Assembly: GCA_045599585.1 (NCBI GenBank)
Contig: JAZRWH010000137.1
Coordinates: 1 to 54,554, forward strand
Direction: 5' to 3'
Source of the DNA: Myxococcota bacterium
Lineage (GTDB): Bacteria > Myxococcota_A > Bradymonadia > UBA4248
DNA: 54,554 nt
Shown: one piece after another, positions 1 to 11,220 of the stretch
Layout: the number at the start of each line of letters is the position of its first letter
Numbering within the stretch: position 1 is the stretch's first letter
Notes under the pieces: model-generated
Databases searched by the model: none
The model's input: the letters and a program-made list of their open reading frames with translations, nothing else
What the model was told of the DNA's origin: nothing
Program-made: the position numbers and the translations under genes

Positions 1-9
1 TAAAGAGCT

Positions 10-84
<75 letters not shown>

Positions 85-286
85 ACACGTTTATTCCCCA
101 ATCCAGTTTTCCCGCTTGGTGGAACGTCGCGGCTTTTACTCCTCACGCAATCTGCCGTCAAGATTTTTTTCATTTACCGACTTTTTTTCTCGATTCATTT
201 CTTTCGCTTCACTCTCTGCACCTTTTCCAGTATTACCGCTCCCCGCCTTTTGGCTGTTACTTATTCATCTATAGGAGTCTTCTTCA

Positions 287-1858
287 ATGAAACTTTCTAA
301 AATATCGCTTCCCCTTTTGGCAGCGCTCTCACTCGCCGCCTGTACCGATGGCTTTCATCAGCAATCCATCACCTTTAACTGCGCACCTGATGAAACAGCT
401 TGCTCGCTTGATGGAAAACAACTTCTGACTTGTAACAATAACGTCTGGGAAGCTCAGGACTGCTCAAAAGCCTGCGTTATCATGAACGACACTGCACAAT
501 GCATCCCCGAAGACGAACCAGAACCCATCCCCCCCTCGGATGATCCTCTGACTGCACGCGTTTGCACCTCTGATGGTAAAATTCAAAACACTTATAAATC
601 TGGCAAAACCGAAACTAAGACCTGTCTAGAGGATGTAGGTTTCGATACGCGTTGCATAACATACAGCAAGTACCACGCTGGATGTAAAATGCCCTCTACC
701 TGCGATGACGACGTGTTCACCGATCAAGGAACATGCATTGGACATCGCAGAGCCTACTGCGACCAAACCTTTACAACCCCCTTCCCTGCAATTCGCGACT
801 GCAACGCCCTAGGCCGTGTTTGTGCAGCTTACCTCGATGGCGCCGATTGCTACGATACCTGCGAATCTTCAGCCCCAGAATTTTCATGCACAAAAAATGA
901 CGGTATTGAGCAAGTCCTTCATTGCGCCGCAACTGCCGGAACACGCATCATCGATCAAAGAAACGCAATCTGCGACAATAATGAAGTTGTCACTTGCGTC
1001 AATGGACAACTTACTCGAAATGCCTGCGATTCAAACTCCGTCTGCGTTGCATCTCGCGGTGCTTGCGAATCACTCTGCCACGAATCCGAAGTTGGAACAC
1101 TCGTCTGCGACGAAAACGGCCAGATGAAACAATGCCAAAAAATTGAAGAAAATCTCTCGGCCTACTACGTTTACGTTTCTGTTGGAAAACGCGAGTGTAC
1201 TGGAACGACTCTCAATATTTGCGATGGCACGACAATCAAACAAACCGACTGCTACAACCAAGAATTTACAAACGCTATGGGCGAAGTGCTCTCCAAACAC
1301 GGCAAATGCACTAAAGATTTCCAATACTACGAGGATGCAGACGTCTGCACGATTGCGTATGACGGCGAACCCTGTGGTAATGTCACCGAAGCAGGCAATT
1401 GCAATGGTTCAAACCTCACTTACTGCTACGTCGATGACAATATTCTCACGACAACAAACTGTTCAGCTAATGCTTACGGAAATACCGCTTGTACCGTTTA
1501 TGCCGGCTATGCAGACTGCCGTCAGCCCTGCAATAAACCAGGCGAAGCCTTCTGCGAACCTTACACTGACGATCTTGGCGAAACATCTTATACACTCGCA
1601 CTTTGCGTCACAGACGAAAACGATACCTCCAAAGCCTCCTATCTCATCGCAGAAGGTGGCTGCATTGGAGATACGCTCTACACGTGCAATGGTCCCGAAG
1701 TCACCAAAACCAACTGTGCTGCTAACGGCGGCATTTGCTCATCAACATCATGTCAGTATCCCGTCTGCGGCCTGACTTCAGACACAACTTGTACCAACGG
1801 CATGACTTGTGCCACGAATATTGACGGCTCCGTTAAGGGACTTACGACCTGCAAATAA
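287..1858 (+). CDS. cysteine-rich secreted lipoprotein, unknown function
   Basis: An SD-like TAGGAG sits upstream. N-terminus MKLSKISLPLLAALSLAAC has a lipobox. The protein has about 70 Cys in reiterated C-x-[DN]G-x(4-6)-C-x(3-5)-C modules, and the ORF is 523 aa. Confidence 0.75.
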   Translation: MKLSKISLPLLAALSLAACTDGFHQQSITFNCAPDETACSLDGKQLLTCNNNVWEAQDCSKACVIMNDTAQCIPEDEPEPIPPSDDPLTARVCTSDGKIQNTYKSGKTETKTCLEDVGFDTRCITYSKYHAGCKMPSTCDDDVFTDQGTCIGHRRAYCDQTFTTPFPAIRDCNALGRVCAAYLDGADCYDTCESSAPEFSCTKNDGIEQVLHCAATAGTRIIDQRNAICDNNEVVTCVNGQLTRNACDSNSVCVASRGACESLCHESEVGTLVCDENGQMKQCQKIEENLSAYYVYVSVGKRECTGTTLNICDGTTIKQTDCYNQEFTNAMGEVLSKHGKCTKDFQYYEDADVCTIAYDGEPCGNVTEAGNCNGSNLTYCYVDDNILTTTNCSANAYGNTACTVYAGYADCRQPCNKPGEAFCEPYTDDLGETSYTLALCVTDENDTSKASYLIAEGGCIGDTLYTCNGPEVTKTNCAANGGICSSTSCQYPVCGLTSDTTCTNGMTCATNIDGSVKGLTTCK

Positions 1859-2775
1859 CCCACACAAGCGCCGGCAAATTTTCTGCGCAAATGCTAACTA
1901 TGGTGTTGGCATTTGCGTTCTTTTTTATGGGCGGCGGCTTCCTCAAAACAGTGGGCTCCAGGTTCGTTTTACAAACGAACCTTATGAGATGAGACAACCC
2001 AAACGTGTCTTCCTCTCTAGACAACGCTGGGCGGGATAACACTTCGGATCACCCAAAATACGCATTTATGTTTTGAGATAGTTTTATTATTGGTATAATA
2101 TTTTTATCAAAACACACTTCTGTCCAAATAATTGGGCCCACCCCCGCCTCCACCACCGCCGGTTTCGATGTGCAGCGCAACTGCCGGGCAGACGCCCCCC
2201 TGCAGCCTTGCATGCACCACTCTTTGAAACGCTGTATCAAATAGTGACGTGGAAAAACCGAATAACTCCACGTTCTTCTCACGCTATGCGGGTACAAAAC
2301 GTGAAAAGTCCTTGAGTATACTGCATCGAACACAATCAATGCTCGTCAGCACAGACTTGCTCGATGGGAATCGAGCCTTTCTTGGTGGCCCACGCACGAC
2401 AAATATCCGCCCAAATGACAACTTCACGATAATCACCTCCTCGTTACAAATAGGTCATGAGGTCTAGCCTCATTACAGTATTGCCATTGTGGTGGCTTTT
2501 CGTGACATTTTTATGTACAAATATATGTGCGTACTTAAATCTAATCCTTAGATTGCCTTTAATCACGTTCAATTACACATTTATAGTTATACTGTATTTT
2601 TTTAAGTCTCTATAAACAAGAAACGCCTCCACGTGCAGCAATAACACCTTAAATAGATTTAAAAACGGTTTGACACTGTTTAAAGATTGTATGAGGGAAT
2701 ACCTCACTTAAACAAATACATTTATGCTAGAATAGAGCGTTGTTTGCGCTGAAGCTGGCGCATCGTGGAGGCATA

Positions 2776-5700
2776 ATGAAGAAAAGCAGCATCTTATATT
2801 GGGGTATTACTGGGGCCGTACTTGCCGCAGGGCTAATTCTTAGCATTGTAAAAAGCGGCGATCATTGGGAGTTTTCTTGGCAGGGCGCGGAACTCATGGC
2901 TCTCCCTAGCCAGGATACACCACACGAACTTTCTACGCTGCAAGTCACTAACCGCGTCCTTCTTCACCTTCAGGAAAATTACGTTGACCCAAAACGACTT
3001 GATCCCTCGCTCATGCTTGCAACAAGCCTTGACGAACTTCAAAAAAGCGTTCCCGAACTGCTCATCGTTTTCGACAAAAAACTACAAGACCATCCGACAC
3101 GCATCACCGTCAAAATCGGAGGACAATCACGCGATTTCGCTTCGGGTACGTTTTCAAACCTGCTTGAAATGAGCCTGCGCTTACGCGAGATCCTCATGTT
3201 CATTCAGCCCAACTTGCCACGCGACATTAAACCTCGCGATCTTGAGTACGTGCTCATCAATGGCATGCTATCGACCCTCGATCCACACAGCGTCATCCTC
3301 TCGCCCGAAGTCTACCGAGATATGCTCGAAGGTAACCGAGGTAAGTTTGGTGGACTTGGCATCGGCGTTCGCATGATCGACGGTATACTCGTCATCATGG
3401 AACCTATGGCAGGTAATCCGCCGGCTGTTAAAGCAGGACTCAAAACGGGCGACCAGATTCTCTCGATTGACGGAACGCCTACACTCAATATGAATATTAG
3501 TGAAGCCGTCGAAATGCTCAAAGGCGAACCTGACACTACAGTGCACCTCGTGGTCATGCGCAAAGGTTGGAAAACTTCAAAACAAATCGATGTCGTCCGC
3601 GAAGAAATTGCCATCCCAAGCAGCGAATCTGCATCTCTCGGAGATCGTATTGCTTATATTAAACTTAAAGGATTCCAAGCGAATTCACAGTATGACGTCA
3701 CCACTGCCCTGAAAACACTCAGTGAAGAAATGGGGGCCATCGAAGGACTGGTGCTCGACTTGCGAGGTAATCCAGGAGGTCTACTGGATCAAGCTGTACA
3801 AATCGCGGACAACTTCCTCAAAGAAGGCACTATTGTCACAACAGTCGGTCCCAAATATCGAAAACCCTACACGGCTGAAGCCAAAACAACACAACCCAAT
3901 TATCCAATCGTTGTCCTCATTGATGCCTCATCTGCATCTGCATCCGAAATTCTTGCTGGCGCGCTTAAAAATAACGACCGAGCCCTCATCCTCGGCGACA
4001 CAAGTTTCGGTAAGGGCAGCGTACAAGTTCTCTCTGAGCTCTCTCCTGACAAATCAGCACTCAAACTGACGATCGCGCAATACCTCACGCCTGGTGACCG
4101 ATCCATTCAATCCGTCGGCATCGTGCCCGATATCCGCCTCGTGCCTCAAGTCGTAACCAAAGACAGCATCGACCTTTACCCTAAAACATGGGTACGCCGC
4201 GAAGCCTCACTTGGTGCTCACCTCGACAACATCAACGCCGATAAAGATCTTACCTCCCCCTACGCGCTGCGCTACGTTTCTTCTCGCGTCGACCTGAGTG
4301 CTGAACTCGAAGATTCTGTTTTGACACTTGATGACATCGACAAATACATCAATAAACAAACTAAAGACGAATCCCCTATCAAAGATCCAGAAGTGCGTCT
4401 TGCCAAACGCATCGTCAAACTGATGGGCCCATCCTTAAGCTCACGTACTGAAATGCTTAAAGTTTACGATCCGCTTGCACAAACAATCGCAACAGAAGAA
4501 GAAACAGAACTCATTGCTCAACTTAAAAAACAAAACATTAATTGGAGCACTCCTGATTCAAATCCGTCTACAGAAGAAATGCAATCTGCTCTTTCTGTTA
4601 AACTCGAAACGCTGTGCTTTAAGGATAACGACAAACAAGCATGCACGGCAGAAATCAACGACGACAAAAATCATATCTACGAAGCAGGCGAAACCATCAA
4701 ACTTTACGCAACTGTCACGAATCATAGCGAAACGCCAATCTATCGCATCGTCGGTAAGACAGAATCCTCTTTCACGCGAAGTGATGACCAGGAGTTTATC
4801 TTCGGAGCTATTGAGCCTGGCGCAAGCATTACGCGCGAGATGACGTTTAAGACCAATAAAGCAGCAGCTTCAAGAGCAGACAATATCAAAGTAACCCTGT
4901 TTGCCGACGATGGCTCAGCCATACCTCAAACGCCGCTCTCATCGAGCGACATTTTCCTATCCTCTAAAGCACGTCAGCAGCCATCCTTCAAAATCAACTA
5001 CGCCATTCTTGATCAAAACGGAAAATCGAAATCTATAGGCAACAGTTTCCTTGACGATAATGAGACGATTACCGTGCGTGTTTGGGTTAGCAACGAAGGT
5101 TTAGGAACCGCAGAAAAACCACTCGTGTATCTCAAAAACAAATCGCCTCTCATCAAACTCGTCAATGCTCGAGCCGAAACACAACCGCTCAAAACAGGCG
5201 ATGTTGCATCAACCGATTTTACTTTTACCACCTCACAAATGACCCCAGACAACGTCGTCCTCGAGCTTCACGTTTACGATAAAGCCAGCACACAAATGCT
5301 CGTTGAAAACATCGGTTTTATTACGAGCAAACACGATGGTCTGACAGAAACAAAACCTACCTCGATCAATCAAACCATGCGCGTCGCCGCCTCGAGCAAG
5401 CTATTTGTGGCTCCACTCGACGGTTCAAATGCTCTGCAAACCATTGAGAAGGACACAGTCGTTAAGGCAGATGCAAAACTTGGCAATTATACGCATATCT
5501 CAGCAGGCGAAGTCGTCGGGTGGCTTGCATCCTCCGACCTCATAGAAGCCACGGATACACCATCCAAATTGACTCAAAAAACGATCGCTACGATCCCGCG
5601 CATCATTCTTGACCCCGATCGCCCGCTCATCGTTCATAGCGATACGTACCCACTTTCAGTCAAAGTGGATGCCTTTGCAGAACTCAAGGACTGCTACGTC

Positions 5701-5895
5701 TACGTTTATACTAACGACAACCATAAACTCACGTCGACCAAAGTTGCTTACCAAAAACTCGACCCTAAGACCAATTCGTACAACACACAAATCCCCGTTA
5801 AACCGGGCGTCAATCGCATTCGCCTTTACGTACGGGATGCAAACAACAGCGAAGCTTACGAAACGATTCAGGTCTACCGCCAAGAAACACCCTAA
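2776..5895 (+). CDS. S41 family C-terminal processing peptidase (Tsp/CtpA-like) with a long C-terminal extension
   Basis: GGAGG lies 6 nt before the ATG at 2776; the ORF track starts at 2740. There is an N-terminal TM anchor and a PDZ-like segment (GDQILSIDGTP). S41 motifs LDLRGNPGG and GKGSVQ are present, followed by a roughly 550-aa extension with no obvious motif. Confidence 0.85.
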   Translation: MKKSSILYWGITGAVLAAGLILSIVKSGDHWEFSWQGAELMALPSQDTPHELSTLQVTNRVLLHLQENYVDPKRLDPSLMLATSLDELQKSVPELLIVFDKKLQDHPTRITVKIGGQSRDFASGTFSNLLEMSLRLREILMFIQPNLPRDIKPRDLEYVLINGMLSTLDPHSVILSPEVYRDMLEGNRGKFGGLGIGVRMIDGILVIMEPMAGNPPAVKAGLKTGDQILSIDGTPTLNMNISEAVEMLKGEPDTTVHLVVMRKGWKTSKQIDVVREEIAIPSSESASLGDRIAYIKLKGFQANSQYDVTTALKTLSEEMGAIEGLVLDLRGNPGGLLDQAVQIADNFLKEGTIVTTVGPKYRKPYTAEAKTTQPNYPIVVLIDASSASASEILAGALKNNDRALILGDTSFGKGSVQVLSELSPDKSALKLTIAQYLTPGDRSIQSVGIVPDIRLVPQVVTKDSIDLYPKTWVRREASLGAHLDNINADKDLTSPYALRYVSSRVDLSAELEDSVLTLDDIDKYINKQTKDESPIKDPEVRLAKRIVKLMGPSLSSRTEMLKVYDPLAQTIATEEETELIAQLKKQNINWSTPDSNPSTEEMQSALSVKLETLCFKDNDKQACTAEINDDKNHIYEAGETIKLYATVTNHSETPIYRIVGKTESSFTRSDDQEFIFGAIEPGASITREMTFKTNKAAASRADNIKVTLFADDGSAIPQTPLSSSDIFLSSKARQQPSFKINYAILDQNGKSKSIGNSFLDDNETITVRVWVSNEGLGTAEKPLVYLKNKSPLIKLVNARAETQPLKTGDVASTDFTFTTSQMTPDNVVLELHVYDKASTQMLVENIGFITSKHDGLTETKPTSINQTMRVAASSKLFVAPLDGSNALQTIEKDTVVKADAKLGNYTHISAGEVVGWLASSDLIEATDTPSKLTQKTIATIPRIILDPDRPLIVHSDTYPLSVKVDAFAELKDCYVYVYTNDNHKLTSTKVAYQKLDPKTNSYNTQIPVKPGVNRIRLYVRDANNSEAYETIQVYRQETP

Positions 5896-5954
5896 AACCA
5901 CAACACTGCGGCGTCCAGCGCCGCCTTCTCACACAGCAGCTGTCGTATGAGGGA

Positions 5955-6055
5955 GGGGGTAGCGGCGTATTAGCGAGCGCCAAGGGCTGCAGACCCGCAA
6001 ACGCAAAAGTAGCCTTTGGCGATCGCTGATAGACGCTCAGGGGGAGACCTCCCCC
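5955..6055 (+). repeat. REP-like palindromic element copy A (GGGGGTAGCGGCGTAT ... ATAGaCGCTCAGGGGGAGACCTCCCCC, 58-bp middle)
   Basis: Read directly from the sequence. Both arms are shared with copies C, F and H. Confidence 0.85.
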
Positions 6056-6144
6056 TCAAAATTCATCTCTATTCTAAAAATCACTCAGAAAGGCGTATCT
6101 CAATCGCCTTTTTTTATATTTTCAGCCAAACAAGGCATCATTTT

Positions 6145-8112
6145 ATGCATTTTAAGATCCACTCTCCCTTTGCAGCATGCGGCGATCAACCCGAAGCCAT
6201 CGACAAACTGGTCGAAGGCATTGAGTCTGGACGCAAAGCGCAAACGCTTCTCGGCATTACTGGAAGCGGCAAAACGTTTACCATCGCATCCGTCATTGAA
6301 CGCGTTCAACGCCCAACACTCGTCATTGCCCCCAACAAAACGCTCGCGGGGCAGCTATTCACCGAGCTAAAAGAGCTCTTTCCCGAAAACGCTGTCGAGT
6401 ACTTCATCAGTTATTACGATTATTATCAACCCGAAGCTTTTATTCCAGCCTCGAACACTTTCATTGAAAAAGACGCCCAGATCAACGACGACATTGAACG
6501 CATGCGACTCGCAGCAACACACAGTCTGCTCACGAGAAACGACGTTATCATCGTCGCAAGCGTTTCGTGCATCTACGGCTTAGGCACCGCCGAGGCCTAT
6601 CTCAACATGCGCGCTAGCGTTGAAGTCGGTCAGGAGATTTCGCGCGATGAATTTCTCAAACAGCTCGTCCGCATCCAGTACGAACGCAACCAGTACGAAT
6701 TGACGCGCGCATCGTTCCGCGTTCGCGGCGATACCGTCGAAGTCTTTCCCGCCTACGAATCAGAACTCGCGATTCGCATTCAGTTTTTCGGTGACGAAGT
6801 CGACTCCATCCAAGAAATCGACCCCGTACGCGGCAGCGTGTTGAGAGACATCGACAAGATTTCGATTTTCCCAGCAAGTCATTACGTCGTGAGTGAAGAA
6901 ATGAAACGTAAGGCGCTGATGAGTATTAAGGAAGAATTGAGCGAGCGCATTGAGTTTTTTAGAAGTCAAAACATGTTTGTAGAGGCACAGAGGATTGACG
7001 AACGCACGACAGAAGACATCGCAAACATCGCAACGATGGGCTACTGCCAAGGCATCGAAAACTACTCGCGCCATCTTTCGGGCCGTGCACCAGGCGAAGC
7101 ACCGCCCTGTTTGCTCAACTATTTTCCCGAAGAATTTCTAATGGTCATCGACGAATGCCACGTTTCTGTACCACAAATCGGTGGCATGTACAGAGGCGAT
7201 CGTTCGCGTAAACAGACGCTCGTCGACTACGGTTGGCGACTCCCCAGCGCCCTCGACAACCGCCCGCTCAACTTTGACGAGTTTTCGGCACTCGTAAACC
7301 AAGTCATCTACGTCAGCGCAACGCCAGGCGACTACGAGATCGAGCAGTCTGAAGGCGAAGTGATCGAACAGATTATTCGCCCGACAGGCCTCCTGGATCC
7401 GCTCATCACAGTCAAACCGGCTGCCGGCCAGGTTGACGACGCCGTCGAAGAGATTCGCGTCATAACGTCTCGTGGAGCGCGCGTCCTCGTCACCACGCTT
7501 ACCAAAAAAATGGCGGAAGACCTCAACGAATATCTAAACGAAACCGGCGTACGCTCTCGTTATCTGCACTCCGACGTCGAAACACTGGAACGAGCTGCTC
7601 TGTTACGTGACCTCCGCCTCGGTGTTTTTGACGTACTCGTCGGCATCAACCTGCTCCGCGAAGGCCTCGATCTCCCCGAAGTCGAACTCGTGTGCATCTT
7701 GGACGCCGACAAAGAAGGTTTTTTGCGAAGCCGCCGCTCCCTCGTCCAAACCATTGGACGCGCCGCACGCAACGCCAATGGACGCGTCATCATGTACGCC
7801 GACAAAATGACCGACTCGATCCGCGCTGCACTCACCGAAACACAAACGCGACGCGCCATCCAAAATGCCTTTAACCTCGAGCACGGCATCACCCCAAAAA
7901 CGATCATTAAACCCGTCCAAGACCTCGAAAAGCACGTTCCCGACTATCAGCCCGACGCTGACAAAGCCGAAGACGAACGTACACTCCAACCCGACATTCC
8001 TGATCGCATTCAAAAGCTCCGCGCTGAAATGCGCGATTGTGCCAAACGCCTTGAGTTCGAACAGGCCGCTGTTCTCCGAGACCGCATCGCAGCCCTCGAA
8101 AAACGCCTCTGA
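6145..8112 (+). CDS. uvrB: excinuclease ABC subunit B
   Basis: [19 protein letters not shown]...[10 protein letters not shown]...YYDYYQPEA matches the UvrB N-terminus and helicase motifs. The C-terminus has the UvrB/UvrC interaction coiled coil. The track ORF from 6016 adds a non-homologous extension that overlaps a REP-like repeat. Confidence 0.95.
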   Translation: MHFKIHSPFAACGDQPEAIDKLVEGIESGRKAQTLLGITGSGKTFTIASVIERVQRPTLVIAPNKTLAGQLFTELKELFPENAVEYFISYYDYYQPEAFIPASNTFIEKDAQINDDIERMRLAATHSLLTRNDVIIVASVSCIYGLGTAEAYLNMRASVEVGQEISRDEFLKQLVRIQYERNQYELTRASFRVRGDTVEVFPAYESELAIRIQFFGDEVDSIQEIDPVRGSVLRDIDKISIFPASHYVVSEEMKRKALMSIKEELSERIEFFRSQNMFVEAQRIDERTTEDIANIATMGYCQGIENYSRHLSGRAPGEAPPCLLNYFPEEFLMVIDECHVSVPQIGGMYRGDRSRKQTLVDYGWRLPSALDNRPLNFDEFSALVNQVIYVSATPGDYEIEQSEGEVIEQIIRPTGLLDPLITVKPAAGQVDDAVEEIRVITSRGARVLVTTLTKKMAEDLNEYLNETGVRSRYLHSDVETLERAALLRDLRLGVFDVLVGINLLREGLDLPEVELVCILDADKEGFLRSRRSLVQTIGRAARNANGRVIMYADKMTDSIRAALTETQTRRAIQNAFNLEHGITPKTIIKPVQDLEKHVPDYQPDADKAEDERTLQPDIPDRIQKLRAEMRDCAKRLEFEQAAVLRDRIAALEKRL

Positions 8113-8336
8113 TCCTCCCTTCCCAAACGATTCTTTTTTGGCGCGGGCTATGTGCTTCGCACATACGCCCGACGCGCGCTCGCTATTTCAGGCTTCGCCT
8201 TCAATACGCAGCGCACCTTCTTCGTTGCCCTTGATATCAATAAGAATAATCGTTAAAATTGTATCCAGTCGCGTCTGATTGACTTTTTTTATTAAACGCG
8301 ACACAGCGCATCCACGCGCCAAACGACAAGGGAGTT

Positions 8337-11156
8337 ATGCTTATGAGATTCGAGAAGCGCTTTTGTATTTTATGCGCCGCTGCCGCTGTACTTTGGACAG
8401 GCTGCTCCGACAATGCTTCCGTGACAACCAACACAAATCGTGATGATTGCGAAAAAACAGATTCCTGTGATGATCCAGGGGATCTCCCCTTCGATCCCTC
8501 AACCCTCGGCGATCCCTGCGGCGATGAAAACGGTATTGCTCGCTTCGTATCAACCGAAGCCGTATGCTCTGTCGAAGATATCCTGGTCTCTTATGGATGC
8601 TCGGAATACACTGATGCTGTGCTCAACGGCAGATGCCCCCGCTTTTACGAATGCCTTTATAGCCAAACTGACCGCGTCTATGAGTGCTCACTTGACGGCT
8701 GCAGTAACCTTAACGAGTTTAAACACGAAGGACAATGCATCGCTGAATCGGTTGAACAATGCGGCGCTATTGATAAATCCTGTGCCGAACTCGATGGCTG
8801 GAAAGCTGGCGAATGCTCAATGCATCAATGTATCGCCTCTGAATGCAAAACAGGCTTTAGACTTGAGGATGGAACCTGTAAGCCCAACTTGGCCGAAGAT
8901 TGCCACGCTGATGAGCATTTCAATTACGTTTTGAATATCTGTGAACCCGATGAAACCGAAAATTGCGGCTCCTCAGGCATCAATTGTACAAAACAACTAG
9001 GCTGGGTCTCGGGTAGCTGCCAAAAAGGCTCATGTATTGCCGATACCTGCAGCATCAACTTCGAACTTCAAGATGGTTTTTGCAATCCTTGCTCCGTCGA
9101 CACGCACGTCTATCAGCAAGACCCCGATTCAAATCAATACATCTGCGAAGCAAACTCGCTTACAGCCTGTGGATCTCACGATAACGATTGCACCGCACAA
9201 ACTGGCTGGAAAGACGGTCAATGCAGCAACAGCCAGTGCGTTCCAAGCGCATGTCAAGATCACTACACGATCGTCGGAAATACCTGCGTCGCCGAAACGT
9301 GTGATGCAGGCTATCACCCCAACCTTTCAACAAATACCTGCGTCCAAGACGATACACACAACTGCGGTGCTACCGGCTTAGATTGTGCGACCAATACTTA
9401 CGGCTGGGACGATGGCGTTTGTACAAACGGCCTCTGCGAAGTCATCGCTTGCAAAACAGGATGCGAACTCCAAAATGGCATCTGTACGCCCTGGTACGAA
9501 AGTTCTTCTGAATGCGCTGTCGTCTGTGATGCCTCCGGGTACGCCGACATCGTCTTCGAAGGCAAATCTATCCGCGCTAAATGTATCGAAACGGCTGAAG
9601 ATCTGATTGCCCTCCGCGATGGCATCAACAGCTTAGCTAGCTACACCGAACCTTGGCCGGCCGAAAACACCGATCATGCTTATATCCTTATGAACGACAT
9701 CGACCTGGGTGAACAACCTGCCTGGGATTCCATCGGCAACGCAGCCCTCGAAAATAGCCCCATGTTTTACGGAACATTTTTGGGCAATAATAAAACGATT
9801 AGCGGCACCATAACATGTACCACCAAATATTGTGGCCTTTTTGGAGAACTCTATCGCGGACGCATCGACCGAGTCATTTCAAACGTCAATCTCAACTACG
9901 ACATCGACTATATCGTCCAACACCCGGTCGATGAATACGTCAAAGCTGCCGGCTCCCTCGTCTCATTTTCAATGTATTCCACGGTTTCAAACAACGTCGT
10001 CAACGGCAATGTTACACAAATCGTCATGGATCCCAATAACGAAGTTCTCCATGAAGAGGGGGATTGGTTCGATCTCGGAGGCATCATCGGTTACGCCGAA
10101 AGTTCCATCATCCAAAACAACACGTTCACGGGCAGCATTAAAGCCAAAATCCATCGCAATAATTACGTTGGGGGTATCTTGGGCGGCCACCAACGAAAAG
10201 CGCTCAACACCATTGATAATTGCCACTTTAAAGGCAAAATTGCCGTTGATCGCGAAACCCGATTTACAAACTTTTCATCTTCAATGGCTACAGGCGGTAT
10301 TTGCGGTTACTGCCGCGGTACCCTCAACAATTCCACATCTTCGGGTGAAATCAACGCTTTCACACAAATTGGCGGCATTGCAGGCGATTTCTTCGGCGAC
10401 TCTTCGATGAAAAATAACGTCTTTACCGGAAGCATTAAAGCACTCGACGGCTATGCAGGCGGTATCGTCGGCATCAGTGCTTTCAGCAGCTACCTCGGCA
10501 AAACTTATTCCATTACCCTCGATTCTAACGTCTATATGGGCAGCATTGACTTTGCAAATGAAGGCGGTCTTTATCCTAAATATGCTGCGGGTATCATGGC
10601 CGGCATTATCGGCTCCGTTCCAACGGGCGAACGTATCATGTTTGTCAACAACGTGACTGCGGGGAGCATCCAAAACGCCGACAAAGCCTCCAGTATCTTT
10701 GCAAACTTCGGCGCAACCTTTGCCAACAATGCACAAAATGGCTCCATCATCGCCTTCCGTAACAACTGGAGCTCCATTCGGTTTAATCAAACGAAAGCCA
10801 GTGATGCGCTTGCAATCTTTGATTGTCCAAGTGGCACAACTTGTCCGACAGATTTGATCGTCACTTACGGCAACTACGTTTTGGACACGCAACTCTCTGG
10901 TGCTTCAGAAAATGCTACCTCAGCCAATACACTCAACTTTAGCGAACCTGACGCATCTAACCTCATCGATATGGTTTGGACAGGTTCTACGGGTAAACTC
11001 TACCCACTCATTAACCGCATGAACCTCCAGTCAATCTACAGTGTCAAATGGCACAATATGCTTTGCACACAGTCTATCGATACGCTTGATACCGTCCTCG
11101 ACGGCAATCACCGTCTACCACTCCCCATCGAAGTATCCCCGGACATCTGCAAATAA
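8337..11156 (+). CDS. cysteine-rich surface lipoprotein with GLUG-like (GGIxG) repeats
   Basis: The lipobox is LWTGC. The N-terminal half carries at least 4 modules of CGxxGxxCxxxxGWxxGxCxxxxCxxxxC. The C-terminal half carries repeated FTGSIKA...GGILGG / IGGIAGDF / AGGIVGIS motifs typical of GLUG-type domains. Confidence 0.75.
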   Translation: MLMRFEKRFCILCAAAAVLWTGCSDNASVTTNTNRDDCEKTDSCDDPGDLPFDPSTLGDPCGDENGIARFVSTEAVCSVEDILVSYGCSEYTDAVLNGRCPRFYECLYSQTDRVYECSLDGCSNLNEFKHEGQCIAESVEQCGAIDKSCAELDGWKAGECSMHQCIASECKTGFRLEDGTCKPNLAEDCHADEHFNYVLNICEPDETENCGSSGINCTKQLGWVSGSCQKGSCIADTCSINFELQDGFCNPCSVDTHVYQQDPDSNQYICEANSLTACGSHDNDCTAQTGWKDGQCSNSQCVPSACQDHYTIVGNTCVAETCDAGYHPNLSTNTCVQDDTHNCGATGLDCATNTYGWDDGVCTNGLCEVIACKTGCELQNGICTPWYESSSECAVVCDASGYADIVFEGKSIRAKCIETAEDLIALRDGINSLASYTEPWPAENTDHAYILMNDIDLGEQPAWDSIGNAALENSPMFYGTFLGNNKTISGTITCTTKYCGLFGELYRGRIDRVISNVNLNYDIDYIVQHPVDEYVKAAGSLVSFSMYSTVSNNVVNGNVTQIVMDPNNEVLHEEGDWFDLGGIIGYAESSIIQNNTFTGSIKAKIHRNNYVGGILGGHQRKALNTIDNCHFKGKIAVDRETRFTNFSSSMATGGICGYCRGTLNNSTSSGEINAFTQIGGIAGDFFGDSSMKNNVFTGSIKALDGYAGGIVGISAFSSYLGKTYSITLDSNVYMGSIDFANEGGLYPKYAAGIMAGIIGSVPTGERIMFVNNVTAGSIQNADKASSIFANFGATFANNAQNGSIIAFRNNWSSIRFNQTKASDALAIFDCPSGTTCPTDLIVTYGNYVLDTQLSGASENATSANTLNFSEPDASNLIDMVWTGSTGKLYPLINRMNLQSIYSVKWHNMLCTQSIDTLDTVLDGNHRLPLPIEVSPDICK

Positions 11157-11170
11157 TTCAATCTAACTTA

Positions 11171-11198
11171 ATCCTCGCGCTTGCGAGGATTTTTTTTT
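11171..11198 (+). terminator. rho-independent terminator after the 8337..11156 gene
   Basis: ATCCTCGCGCttGCGAGGAT followed by T8. Confidence 0.8.
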
Positions 11199-11220
11199 GC
11201 ACAATGCAGTGCAAATCGGG

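Noticed and set aside
1143-1775. Alternative-frame ORFs over 150 aa inside Cys-rich genes and others (for example 1143..1775, 9832..10410, 10281..10892, 15021..15674, 17584..18357, 39623..40318, 48499..49080)
   Set aside because: Each is nested in or antisense to a longer ORF with clear homology or a signal peptide. Their compositions are T/S/A-rich frame-shift translations.
2131-2160. CCCCCGCCTCCACCA resembles a tmRNA/tRNA 3' end (…CCACCA)
   Set aside because: No T-arm (GGTTCGAnTCC) or acceptor complement is present in the right place on either strand. It is kept only as a low-interest GC island.
2049-2467. Small ORFs (96 aa minus strand, 72 aa plus strand) in the long intergenic region
   Set aside because: No ribosome-binding sites, no recognisable motifs, and they overlap each other. 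They are probably noncoding.
6016-6144. ORF-track start of uvrB at 6016, giving a 43-aa N-terminal extension
   Set aside because: The extension has no UvrB homology and overlaps REP copy A. Homology starts at MHFKIHSPF (6145).
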